From assembly GCA_965153355.1 (NCBI GenBank), contig OZ231126.1, positions 5,890,001-5,954,000 of the forward strand: a DNA stretch of 64,000 nucleotides, read 5' to 3'. Shown piece by piece: positions 22,068 to 39,846 of the stretch. The stretch's first letter is position 1; each line of letters starts with the position of its first letter. The notes below the pieces were generated by a model. That model had not been told where the DNA came from and did not search any database. It saw nothing but the letters and a program-made list of their open reading frames with translations. This DNA is from Flaccisagitta enflata. Its lineage: Eukaryota. The position numbers and the translations under genes are program-made.

Positions 22068-22779
22068 TTAGGGGGTGAAAAGGAGAGAGAAGTCGGCAGT
22101 AACTGTTGGAAAACGAGAATAGTCAATGGAGTGAAAGGAGGAAGCCGTGTTTTGAGGTGGAAACATGGAGGGAGACGATGGCTGTGGCGGTGTTGGGGCG
22201 AGAAATTTATTCTCCAAATAACGAAAGACGTGTTCGTAGATGAGTAACATGATGGCTCCTCCAGGCCCGAGTCTCATTACTTTAGGCACGAGTCCGCGAT
22301 AAAGCGCAGTCACGCCTTCTTCCTTAGCAACGGTTGCCATGGTGACGAAACATCCTCGATATTTGACTTGTCCGGGAATCGGCTGAGGACCTTGAATGCG
22401 GGATTTGGCGACGTCAAACGGAATGTTAGAGATCGACGCCAAAGTGCCGGCGGTGAGGCCTGGGGAATGGAAGGATGGGTTTATCAATTAATTAAAAGGT
22501 TCGATAGATTGCATTCTTTTTTGTTGGTTTCCGTTCACGAGTGGAGTAGAAAGAATCTCATCAAGGAAGGAGTTCGGTGCTTGCTGTCATAATCCTCAAG
22601 TACTGGTGACATTAAATCTGATTTGCATATTGCATACCGATGAGAAAATTCTTGCCAAATTCCTTCCAAGGATTTTCTTGAACAGGGAAAAGTGGCCGAA
22701 CATTGTGATAAAATCCAAAGTAGACCCCGCCGAAAACGCCGTGTCTGATAAATGATTTTCTCTTATGAAGTTGCGATTC

Positions 22780-22834
<55 letters not shown>

Positions 22835-22971
22835 CTCTTTCTTTCTCTCTTTCTTTCTTTCTCTCTTTCTTTCTTTCTCTCTTTCTTTCTTTCTCTCTTT
22901 CTTTCTCACTTTCTCTCTTTCTTTCTCACTTTCTCTCTTTCTTTCTTTCTCTCTTTCTTTCTCACTTTCTC

Positions 22972-23013
<42 letters not shown>

Positions 23014-25404
23014 TTTCTCTTATTTTTGTAATTCTTCATCCTTCCAACTTTCGATCTTTTTTCGACCATTCTTTCTCCCTTTCCACTCTCCTGCTTGCTC
23101 TCGTCCACTCCCAACCTTTCCTTTCTTTCCCCACACGCCTTCTCTTGACAGCGCCACCCACCTGCCGAGTGTCGCTGTGAGTCCCTTGTAGATTCCACTC
23201 GTCCCGATTCCACCTTCTTTGATAATTTGTTTGGCGGCTGCAAAAGCGCTCATTTGATCCTTCAAACTCACTTTGGTCTCAGTCTGTAGACGTACTTTCA
23301 CGGTCTATTCTGCCGAAGAGGAAAGAGAATGGGAAATAGGGAAATTATAAGCGCAGCAAGTGATAATCATGAAACAACCAATCAGTCAATCAATCAAACA
23401 ATCAACGATGAAGCCATTGGGCTATTGGCTGTTGGGGAGGCATGACGACAATAATCAAACAGCCAACAGTCGAGGCTCTTTATTCAAACCAAATCAAAGA
23501 GACAGTTTTATAAATCAAAATTTATACATTTGAATCCCGCTCTAACGGATTTCAAGGGACTAATAATTTTCATCTGTTATAGCCAGAATTGTGTTATTGC
23601 TAATAAAGGAAATAAAAGAAATCAACCTGAAGGGACCTGTAGTAGGCGGAATTCCGTTGGTGGCGGGTCCGTTAGAGCGAGGTTCAACTGTACTAACAAA
23701 ATCATTATAATAACAAAATCATGCCGCAAAGCCGCAACACGCACCTCGAAAGGCGTAATGATCAGCGCTTCTGTCAGTCCGGAGCAGAATCCGGCCATAG
23801 TTACGGCGACGGCGCCGGGTTTCCGTGTCTTATCATGATTAAAGAGCACTTTGTACTGCTCGAAGGTGAAGAATTTAGTGGCCCGTTTCGGAGTGTCTTG
23901 CAGGAGAGCGGGCAGAATGCCTTTGTACAAGGCAGAGGCGCCTTCCGTCTTCACGATTTGTCGGAACGTGGATAATACCGATGACTTGGTTGTCTGGGTG
24001 GTGGGAAAAGGAAAGAGGAGAAAAAGAAAGGATGCGGAGGAAAAGAAAGGATGAGGAGGAAAAGAAAGGATGAGGAGGGAAAGAAAGGATGAGGAGGGAA
24101 AGAAAGGATGAGGAGGGAAAGAAAGGATGAGGAGGGAAAGAAAGGATGAGGAGGGAAAGAAAGGATGAGGAGGGAAAGAAAGGATGAGGAGGGAAAGAAA
24201 GGATGAGGAGGGAAAGAAAGGATGAGGAGGGAAAGAAAGGATGAGGAGGGAAAGAAAGGATGAGGAGGGAAAGAAAGGATGAGGAGGGAAAGAAAGGATG
24301 AGATGGGAAAGAAAGGATGAGGAAGAAAATAAAAGATAAGGAGGAAAGAGAGGAAGAGGAGGAAAGAAAGGAAGAGGAGGAAAGAAAGGATGAGGAGGAA
24401 AAGAAAGGATGAGGAGGAAAAGAAAGGATGAGGAGGAGGGAAACAAAGGATGGGGAGGAAAACAAAGGATGAGGAGGAAAACAAAGGATGAGGAGAAAAA
24501 CATAGGAAGAAGAGGAAAACAAAGGATGAGGAGAAAAACAAAGGAAGAGGAGGAAAAACAGAGGAAGAGGAGGAAAACAAAGGAAGAGGAGAAAAACAAA
24601 GGATGAGGAGGAAAACAAAAGATGAGGAGGAAAACAAAAGGTGAGGAGAAAAACAAAAGATGGGGAGGAAAACAAAAGATGAGGAGGAAAACAAAAGATG
24701 AGGAAGAAAACCAAAGATGAGGAGGAAAACAAAAGATGAGGAGGAAAACAAAAGATGAGGAGGAAAACAAAAGATGAGGAAGAAAACAAAAGATGAGGAA
24801 GAAAACAAAAGATGAGGAGGAAAACAAAACATGAGGAGGAAAACAAAGAATGAGGAGGTAAAGAGTGAGGAGGAGGAGTAAGAAAAGGAATGAGAGTGAT
24901 CGACCTAATAAGAGGCGAGTAAAACCATGAAAACGATAAGTAAAAGAAACGAAAAAATGGAAGGATGAGAAAAAGAGGTCTGAGCCACTCGGATATCGGG
25001 GATTAACGCGTCGGGCTTCGTCTTGAACATGGCGGACAAATACCGTGGAGGAATTGGAGGATGCAGACAAAGCGCGGTCAGACAGTCAAGCACTTGAAGA
25101 ATGGTTTAAAACGGACCTGGACTTGGAAACGTGTTTTGACGAGATCCAAAGGATGCATCAAAGACACTTCGACGAATCCCGCGCTACCTCCAGCGCAAAT
25201 CTGACATAATGCCTGACAGAAACGAGACAAACGCCACGCTTCAAAAGAGGCACATTTTAAACTCATGTCTGACGGAAAGTCAAGCGAACGGACAGACAGA
25301 TGGATAAACGGACAATACCCTTAATAGAGAGTACATGACTAAAAACAGACATCGATAAATTCACTGACCTCCTTAACCAATGATCTTTTCCCATCAGCCA
25401 CCAT
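22068..25404 (-). CDS. SLC25A21: Mitochondrial 2-oxodicarboxylate carrier (ODC), tandem paralogue copy B
   Basis: Exons 25404-25369, 25212-25117, 23993-23745, 23304-23162, 22744-22638, 22459-22068. HPLDLVKTRFQ, GILPALLQDTPKRATKF, GRHGVFGGVYF, IPFDVAKSRIQGP, PKVMRLGPGGA; ~44-aa C-terminal extension relative to copy A. Confidence 0.9.
24020..24870. repeat. 18-bp purine minisatellite (GGATGAGGAGGGAAAGAA-like) in SLC25A21-B intron 2
   Basis: Tandem 18-mers, drifting from GAAAGGATGAGGAGGGAA-type to CAAAAGATGAGGAGGAAA-type units. Confidence 0.95.
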
Positions 25405-25972
25405 GGTCACTTGAGGAAGCTTCAAGACTTCACTGTTACCAATGTCATCATGATTGTTTTTTTTTTATAGTATGAACGTAGCTTGAATTTGAAAAGTTCC
25501 GATTTACTTCATTCTACTGTGCCTAGAAATACAAACAAATTCATTTCCATATATAAAAGCTATAAACATACAAAATGAATTGTAACAGCTTTTTAAAAAA
25601 ATTCTAATTCATTTCTGCTGCTGATTAACACAGCCGAAGTGTTTCCAGAACTAGTCTAAAACATTAACACCATCGGCCATTTTAAATAAACAATAACTTA
25701 AACACTCAACAAACAACAAGAAAATGTAAACAACTAGACTCAATTTGCATAAATTTGAGATGAGATGATTTCTTTTTCAACAAAAATCGATTTGCTGATT
25801 ATCCGGTTTCCGACACGGCAACTGCTTTGGACATTCAAACGATTTAAGCTAAAGATGTGCCACCAATTAATACCTAAATCCATTACACGTGACACCAACT
25901 ATCTGTTGCGTTTGTGCAAATGACACCAATACGTTCTGAACGCTACTGACTGGCGCTGTCAGAGTCGCTATT

Positions 25973-26774
25973 GGCAATTTCTCCTATAAAGTGGGCCGGC
26001 TGAAAAACATGATTTGTTGGCAAAAAAACACTGTGTTCTTCAACCAATCATTCTGTTGAGGATGAAAGCTGTTCTTAGACATCCCTTGAGACAAAACGCT
26101 CAGCATACATCCTTCAAACTCAAGATTTTGATAGGTTAGGTGGCCAAAAGTAGAGCCAAAACAGCCTATTTTCCCTGTCACACTTATGTCACGCTTCATA
26201 TCTACTATAATAAAAACATTTAAAAATTGTCAAGCCTTTCCAATGATAGGTCATTTTTGTATCATTGCTATCCTTAAAGAAGCATCAAAAATTTGATGGT
26301 GACTGGTGGACATTTACTATGAAAATTTTTCATTCATAGTTGATTTGCTAAGAATGAGTAAATATCTCATCCTGATATAGTAATATGCAATACATAAAAA
26401 AACATATTTTTAAGTATGATATAAAATTTCTTTTTTTCCCCTGTCAAGTAAAGACATAACCCAGGTTACATGTCAAATTTCATAACTTTATGTCATTTCT
26501 AGCCGGAGATATTAATTTTTTAAGAAAGTGTCCTATCGAGTTAACACCTTGTCACACTATGTCACACTGTTTTTCACAAAAATTTATATAATTGAACACA
26601 GTTCAAAACTTTAAGTGATTTTTTCATTATGACTTGAAAGAGTATCAAATTCTGAGCCTGCAACCAAAATTTCAAACTGATAGATGCAACTATCATTAAA
26701 TTATATTATTTTTTTCAATGTTAACTCAATCAGGCGCTTGATTCTGGCCGGCCCAGTTTTTAGGAGAAACTGCC
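25973..26774. mobile_element. MITE between the two SLC25A21 copies
   Basis: TIR GGCAATTTCTCCTATAAAGTGGGCCGGC / GCCGGCCCAGTTTTAGGAGAAACTGCC, flanked on both sides by TATT (4-bp TSD). Confidence 0.8.
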
Positions 26775-26962
26775 TATTGCTCAATATGCATAGCGCTACA
26801 CTGACTTACAAATTTGCGATGTAAGTAAATCAGACGGACAGGACGAGAAATTGTCTTTTTTACGTTGAGATTCGCGAATGACTTTTTTTTTTCATTAATT
26901 TGTGCCTAATTCCGGAACAACAACGTTACTAAAATTGACTTTCTTTTTTCGCTCCTAACATC

Positions 26963-31426
<4,464 letters not shown>

Positions 31427-31918
31427 CTTATTTTGTTATCTTCGATGATTTGACTTTCCTTTCTTTCTATTTTTCAATGATGGTCCGAATGATGCTTCAC
31501 CCGCAGGGTCAAGTCACCATTGGCTCAAATAGTCTGATGAGCACAAAATCAACAACGTAGTAACACACGCAACAGCCGGGTAACAACCGTGGGCCCCTCT
31601 CCATTGTGGGCCGGTCGTCGAAACGACACCCAGCAACGAGGGCGGCATTGGGCATTCACTCAAACCACGCCAGATGGACAAATTGTACAAACGCACGCGT
31701 GCACAATGAGATGGGAGGTGCTCTTGTAACCAACGGAAGAGAGGAAGAAAGGAAGGATTTGGGTGAGAGAGCGAGAGATCGGAGAGGAAGAATCAGAGAA
31801 AGTGAATAATTAACAATAGATAAAAAAAACTTGAAATGTTTCTTTAAAGTAACCATCGAAAACAGCGGAAAATATGTATCTGGGTGTGGGGCAATTCAAC
31901 AAGTGGGTGTATCTGTTA

Positions 31919-34900
31919 TCAAAAGGGCGTGTTCCTCTTTCTGCCCGTGTATTTCGAGTCTCTCTTGGTTTCTTTGCCTTGTTTTAATCTCCTCTCTTTC
32001 TTCTCCATGACCCAAGCTTTGTGAGTTTGATGTTTAGCTCCTTTCAGACCACGAATCTTTTCCTTTCTGTCCGCGAAACTGATTTGTGACTTGGATGACT
32101 GTTCTTGACGTTCTTCCGATCCCAAACCTTACATGTGGGTAATAATGGTCAAGGAGAATTAAGGAGCCATTTTGTTTTAACATTCATTTTGCTGTACAGT
32201 TTACCAATATCAACGATTTGAAGCAACCTCAAAACTCGCAGGAGTGACCATCAATCAATCAATCAATCGTTCAGACTTCAGATGCTAATCTAATTGTGGG
32301 TAGGAAAATTAAGGAGCCATTTTGTTAACTATTGCTTTGCGGTACAAACAATATGGTACTTCACTACGGTACATTACAGCACATGACAGTACAGTTTCTC
32401 ATGCTCGAGAATTCAGTCACATCAAAATTCTCAGGGCTGACCATCATATTTACTAGTAATCAAAAGGTATTAATGGTTAAGGTAAAGGGAACGTTAGAAG
32501 CCCTTTTTCACATCAATTTTACTGAACAGCTCCCCAATACCCTAATATCGACATCAAAACTCGCAGGACTGACCATCAATCAATCAATCAATCGTTCAGA
32601 TGCTAAAGCATTTAAGTTTGATATACCTTTTGGCAATTTCTCGTTGCCTCCGCCCGTCATTAAGCAGAGGAAGATCTTTTTGGCTTTTGAGCTGTTGGGA
32701 TAATCCACGACCAAACCACCGCTGAATCCAGCCTTCATCGCTGTCAAAGTTAACAATTTATAAAGCATGAATTTATTAGCAACTTAAAGCCGGAAGAATC
32801 ATACGCGAATGAGGGCCTACTGATACCACTATTACAAGTGGATTTTTCTTATGCCGATGTATGAAATACAGTATGTTTTTTCTGAACTGATACGAAAGAA
32901 AATCTCATTACTCTGCAATGGAACAAGATATTCAAAATCCGAAAAAAGCGCTAAATAGAGCTTGGTCTGCAGATTTTTCATGTTCTTTCTATGTGGCTTG
33001 TCAAAGAATAGTGTTTCCACCATATCATAACAAGTTAAGTCAGTGTTTTTTAGGAAAAATACCTAATTTATAAGCAAAATTCTCATCAAACCACTACCGC
33101 TTGGTGCTTATGATCCTGATTTTGATTCAAGATGCCGTAGTATATAATTTAAACTGACTTACTTCTCCAATTTGAGTGGGAAATATGTGTTGTTCAATTA
33201 TCATCAACATTTCACTTCAAAAAATGTGGTTTTTTGCATGTTTTTACAAAAAAATGCCTAATTTGTGATCCTGAACTTAAAATTGGTAATTTCTTCACAA
33301 TATAGAGGCAGAATATGCATCTATGATAAGTTTTCCTTTATGTAAGACCATTTCTAGAGTTTTGGCTTGATCTATAGAGAGCCAGCATGAATTCGAAATG
33401 ATATACTTAAGAGATGCTTTTTAAGAATTCATGCCATCTGAGAAATGGAAGTTTTGATTTACATAGAATGGGGGCCTATTTTCTGAAAGTTATGCATTAT
33501 TCAATTCATGACCAAAAATCTGCAGACCAAGCTCTATTTAGCGCTTTTTTCTTGTTTCATTGCAGAGTAATGAGATTTTCTTTCGTATCAGTTCAGAAAA
33601 AACATACTGTAAAAGCTTTGATAATGAGGACAATAGTTTCATACATTCAGTTTAACCCGATTTCCGTTATTCTTGGTTCCATAATAGCTGGTTGCAGCTG
33701 CACGTCTACTACCAGTAATGGCGGCTGTCGCCGTGAGGAAAAAAGTCGTAAGCATTGGTCACTTTTCACCAAGCTTTTGTTTTCAGTCAGTGCAAATCTT
33801 TCTACTTGTTAGATCAAACCAAAAGCACTTGTATGTATTGGTTGGACTGTTAATCAGAGAAATGTAGGTCTGAGCCAAATGAGCTAAATGAGCTAAAATG
33901 CTCAAAATCACTCAACCACACAAACAGCTATGCTCATTACAGGGGTGTATATTCTTGAGTCGCTTTTGTTTTTCCCCCTTGCCTTTGATTTTTTCTTCCC
34001 CGACGCGTCGTCCGTTTTATATCCATTTTTTTCTTTATATAGCAATAACTATGTAGTTAAGGCTTAAATAGTGTTAAATTGTGTTTACTAATTGAGTTTT
34101 ATGATTTGGTACTGTAAAAAGTCCCCAAATTTCTTTTTTTTCCCCTGAATTTTAGCCATCTCCAGACCCTTGATTTTTCCCCACTGAGAAAACTCAAATC
34201 ATACATGAGCCTGGCTCATTGACATGCTTTTTTGTATTTGCATTCATATTTGATCTTATTAAAAATCAGAAAAAAATATTGAGCTAAATGATAAGTGAGC
34301 TAGACCATTAACTCTCATAAATGAGCAACTGACTCACTGACATGAAAGATTTAAAGTGGTGGAGATGCTTAGTAAGAAAATGAAAACCCTGTTTCTCTCG
34401 AATATGTCAAAAAGTCGAAGACTGACTTCGACTTTTTTCCCGATAATTGTGGATAAGCCATCTTACCCTGTTGCGTTATTAATTCCACTTGCGAGTCATT
34501 TTCAGGGTAAAACTGGAAGACTGCTCTGGCGCCTCTGGCCAGCGCCGCGTAGAGAGAAGCGAAGAATGTGGCGAGTCTTTTAGCGGGTTTATGAAAGGCT
34601 TTATCGGCGTTGCAGAGCCACTGCAAAGCGGAAATGGAGATGGCGCCATCAGCGCAGCCGGGCCGAAGTCCCAACCCTTGACCCAAATCGTGCAGAAGAA
34701 GATCGCCGGAAGCCTGGAAACGGAACTAAAGAGACTATTTTTGGGGCTTCACGAAGCTCGAAGTATGTACATGTAATCGAAAGATTTTTCAAAAAATGTA
34801 ATTCAGACTCTTTCTTTGATCATCTTTTTCTCATATCTGTCATCTTTACTGTAAGCAGTATCGACGCACAGGAGGAGATTCCGAAAGCGTGACAGTCCGA

Positions 34901-36034
34901 CTGACCTCTCTTTCGACTGCGACATCCAGCATGGCTTTTGAGATGTCAAATCCGATCCATTGATGGCCGGCCTCTTCAATCGCCTCCCCGCTTAACCCAG
35001 AGCCGCAACCTGCAACATAGTTAAATCCCGAAGACAGAGACAGAACTGTTAATTCTAGCCGGCCTCCTCTTTCGCCTCCCCGTTCAACCCAGATCCGCAA
35101 CTCGAAACATGGTTAAATCCCAAAGACAGAGACAGAGCTGTTAATTGGCTGACCGAGATGACGCAAACTGCGCAAATGCCCTGGCATGCAGCATACTACC
35201 AAGCTTGAAGCTGTAGATTAAAATGGGCTATGTCGGAAAATTCCGGCTCGCTCAGAATAATTTTTCTTCATAATGATCCCATCGAACAAATCACAATTGT
35301 TCTAACCAGTAAAATGATTCTAGAATAAAATTTTGCACTTCCTCATTCGAATTGTTATTACGAGATCCATGGATCTTTTTGTTTTGCCATAATTAAATTT
35401 GGCGCGGAGAATGATTCTTCTCTTCTTTATAAAACGTTTTCTGGCGTGTATGAAACTTGAGACTGCATTATGCAAATAAGGATTTCATCCACCGTGACTA
35501 AAACACGGAGGCGTAAACTAGAAATCTGACCTGAACATACAGAAGCCATTAATAAAATGTTAGTCCGTCCGTCCATTCATCGGTAACGCCTTGCTTTACC
35601 GGCGTTTAAAGACGATTTTAACAGCATTGCTCCCGTCCAAAAGCTTTTAGTATTTCTCATCACCGCCGCTGCCCACCCGCACGTAACTCGAATAGCCATG
35701 TATCCGGCCTTGTTTTCTCCAATAACCGCCTTGGCGCTTGCCTGCCGCGTAGCATTGCCGCTAAAAGCATTGCCACAAAAGGCACAATGGTGTAGACAGA
35801 ATCTGCCCCTTTAGCCTACCACGACCATAAACCTTAACTGTCGCACACACACTGACCCAGATCGAGAATGAGCGCGGGTGTTTCATCGGGCAGCGCCAGC
35901 AGTTCCAAAGCCCTGGTGGACATTTGCTCTTGAATTTCGATCATGCGTGAGTTGGTCGTGTATTTGCGAGCTTCATCTTCGCCGTAGAAAATCTCCGGAG
36001 GCGCCAAATGCTCGGGACGACGACAAGACGCCAT
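31919..36034 (-). CDS. BUD23: 18S rRNA guanine-N7 methyltransferase BUD23/WBSCR22
   Basis: Exons 36034-35857, 35009-34906, 34713-34467, 32740-32627, 32127-31919. [89 protein letters not shown] are diagnostic. Confidence 0.97.
32869..33609. mobile_element. Tc1/mariner-type MITE (TA TSD)
   Basis: ~100-bp TIR starting CAGTATGTTTTTTCTGAACTGATACGAAAGAAAATCTCATTACTCTGCAATG, TA on both flanks. Confidence 0.8.
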
Positions 36035-36728
36035 TTTTGGGGCTAAATGAGTATAGAAGCTGTCACGTCCGATGGCAGTTCTAGGAAACTGATTAATATG
36101 ATCGTTTTCTCTGCGTCATGTAAGCGACGCCGATAGTTTGCATCGACGAGAAACAAGAACGTTCTAGTTTCAGTTTCCACCTTCCTCACCGACTTTGCCC
36201 GCTCAGCCCACTCAAGCGTTTTCCAACATTGACGGTCCTAATCTGAGCTGATGTAATTTTGATAACGGTTCAGCGTGAAATCTAATACAGTTTACTTTTC
36301 TAAACTTCTGCCTAAAATATCACAGGCGCTGCAAAATCTGACAAAAACTGGTAAAAAGCACGCTTTTTATTACTAAAAGATGAAAAGGAACAATAGCAAA
36401 GTTATTTTCGATATTCGCGTATTCGTAATGATAAGAGCGGTAGGAGGGGGGAAGAGGGGGGGGGGCAAGATTCCGAAACCAAAACCTCTTTCTAATCACA
36501 CAGCTGGACCAATTGTCACCACAATTACAGTCGCATGATCACAGATTTGAAACTGAATTATTGTCCCATGTCCACTGCAGTAATTTACTCGATGTAAGAA
36601 CCTCGGTTTGACAACCACACTCGCAACGCCCATAGGGGCTTGGAGATACTTTGTGCCTTCGATAAGATAGTCACATTTTTTCCTCTTTCGACTTACTATT
36701 GTAATAGAGTCAAGTCGTCATTGGTTGG

Positions 36729-36815
<87 letters not shown>

Positions 36816-36821
36816 CCAACA

Positions 36822-39357
36822 TCAATTCCTCCTATTATGATCCGTACAGACGCCTCCCATTTCCAACAGCAGTCTATCTGGATTGTCCTGCCACCCCGCC
36901 CTCGCCGCTCCTCTCCCAGCTCCTCCCCCTCCTCCTCCTCCCCCTCCTCCTCCTCCAAATGCCGCCTCTCTTCTGACTGTTTGTCCTTTGACTGCTTCTT
37001 TTTGTTCCCAAGTCTTTTGGCTCTTTTGTTGGTCCAATGCGCGTGAACTGGAACATCCCCAAACTTCGATCGCGCGAATGTTTTGTTCCATTCCTGTTGA
37101 GGGAAGGTGCAAAGTTCCCACTAGTTAATATACATCAAATTTATTCACATGTCAAGAGAAAGGAGGAAATGGACGATGATTGTAAAATCTCAAAGAGAGT
37201 AGAGACGAAACGAAGGGAAGATTGTCACCATTAGTCAGAACATCGATGTTCAAGTACATATAAGTAAAGACTTAAATGAGGTTTAATGAAAATACACAAA
37301 TCCAGCATGCTTGCCTTAGACAAACTGAGGCTCAGGAACCCGTGCAATAATTTTAGTTGCGGACACGCAAATCTATTAGAGGCTTTGTCCGTCAAGTTGA
37401 AAACGCCAAGAACGCTGCAGTTGTTGTTGTGGGTGTGCGTATGTGTGGGAGGGGGACGGGGTTGGGCGAGGCTGGGGGTTGGATGCCCCTGCCCACTGGT
37501 CCACATTGATATTGTGACCGTGCGTCGCTATTTAACACACAGTGATTGATGCTCAATACTAACTGTCCTTCCGTCAATCCGTTAAACTCCATTTGATGAC
37601 TTCTCACCGTTCGCGGCGGTGCAGAGATCAAATCCCGAGTCGATTTTGAGGATGGGCGTCTTAGGATCGTGACCCAATAAAATTCCCTTCGGTAACGATC
37701 GTCCCCATTCATTTAAATACAGGATTTCGCGACCAGAATCGCGACAACGAAATCTGGAACGATACGATGAGAATCACAAGATCATGAGTCTTCTTCATTT
37801 ATTTATTGAACGATACATACATTGAACTTTACATTTTCACTCTCTAATTTTGCATAGGCTCAAAGTCTCATAGGTCAAACAAGACATTTTGTGAAAAGTT
37901 CTTTTTAACCCCTGCTTAATAGTTGTTACGTACTCATTAATAACTAAATTGTAACTCGCCTCGGCACGGCTTCGAGAATGACGGCGTCCATGCCACCAAA
38001 GCGCGAAGTGCTTTCCTTCCATTCCGCGTCTGATGCCACCACGTAAAGATCACCCGCCTCCAGTTCTAATAACATCACAGTCTGGCCTTTATACGAGAAC
38101 ACGTGATGCTGACAGGGAAAAGGAAAAGGCCAAAAATATTCTAAAAGGGGGACTTGCCTCTACTTCCACTGACATAATATGGCATACAAAGCGGAACGAG
38201 ATTACCCTGAAGTAAGATATGGGAAGATAAAGAGTTAGATCATGGCAGCAACTTATGATAAGCAAAGTTTACTAGGCGCTCAGCCGCTCACTCACCTGGA
38301 ATCGGTTCATGCTTAGGCCATGACTGTTGCTGTTGTACAACAGACTCCACTGCGTCGATTGAGAGAGAGAATTTATTTTATCAGACATGGGATCAGAAAT
38401 GTCGTCGTCTGTTTTATCTGGAAACAATTGTTGGAAGCTCATAAATCTTCAACATAAATTCATTTCACATTTCACATACAGTAACAGTTAGCAATTTCAA
38501 GGCATGCTTGCAATCCCGCAGAAAATGCACACCTAGTTATCCAAGTTATCCTGCTAGGATCAAAAGAAGATCGAATTTACTGACACGAGAAGAGCCAGAT
38601 AGTAACGACTAACGAGTTTGGTCAATATGCAAAATAAGCATACCTTGTAATCCTGTTAAGAAGAAAGATCTGGCTAACAATCCCGATAGCAACCATTTGA
38701 GCATGGGACAAAGGATTTGGTCACTGTGCATCGATCCCATCGACTTCAAAGACGCGCTCGAACTTCGCGACACCAGTTTTGGACGGGTACGAGACATGTT
38801 TGGAGAGAGATGAGGTGGGTGAGCGGCATGAGGAGGATGAGGAGTTGAGGAGGAGGAAGGAGGAGAAGAGCTGAAAGCGAGTTCCGGTGGAAGAGAAGCT
38901 AGTTGAGGAGAGAGATCGTTGTGGAGGGCGGGATCGGTGTGCACTGGACCTGTTAGCGGACATGAAGATAGAAAGAATCTTTTCAGATACAGACAAGATA
39001 GAATATGACGCCCATAACGCTGATTTACGTGACTGTCAAATGAACCTATTGCATCTTTTTCTGGTGAATTACGTAAGTCGTACCTTTATCATCGACCAGA
39101 GCGCGAATAAACCAAGCGTGAGTGGCACCAAATAATCGTGGACAGTTTTCGTAAATCTGGGCAAAAGATTGACTATTCCAAATACACGATTCTCATCTCA
39201 ATTGTACAGAGAAAGACTTGAAATGTCGAGGACCAAGGGTCCGTTCGTTGGTCCGTAATGATTGAGTCATTGAGTCAATAAAAGAGAAAATGCGCATTCA
39301 AGATGCTGTGTGTGAGTGTGTGCGTGTGTGTGCGCGTGCGTGTGTGTGCGCGTGTGT

Positions 39358-39439
<82 letters not shown>

Positions 39440-39495
39440 ATTCGTTGGTCCGTAATGATTGAGTCAATAAAAGTGAAATTGCGCATTCAAGATGC

Positions 39496-39592
<97 letters not shown>

Positions 39593-39750
39593 GTGTGCGT
39601 GTGTGTGCGGGTGTGTGTGAATGTGAGAGTGTGTGAATGTGTGTGAATGTGTGTGAATGTGTGTGAGGGTGTGTGTGAATGTGTGTGAGGGTGTGTGAGA
39701 ATGTCTGTGAGGGTGTGTGTGTGTGTAAGAGTGTGTGTGTGTGTGTGTGT

Positions 39751-39846
<96 letters not shown>

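Noticed and set aside
24985-25075. GC-rich coding-looking stretch in SLC25A21-B intron 2
   Set aside because: Not needed for an in-phase carrier protein and lacks convincing splice sites.
37700-38342. Apparent solo LTR or viral mini-gene (TATAAA at ~38090, AATAAA at ~37800, ORF 37837-38022)
   Set aside because: The TATAAA is the Tyr-Lys codon pair of HHVFSYKG; the region resolves into exons of the TLDc gene.
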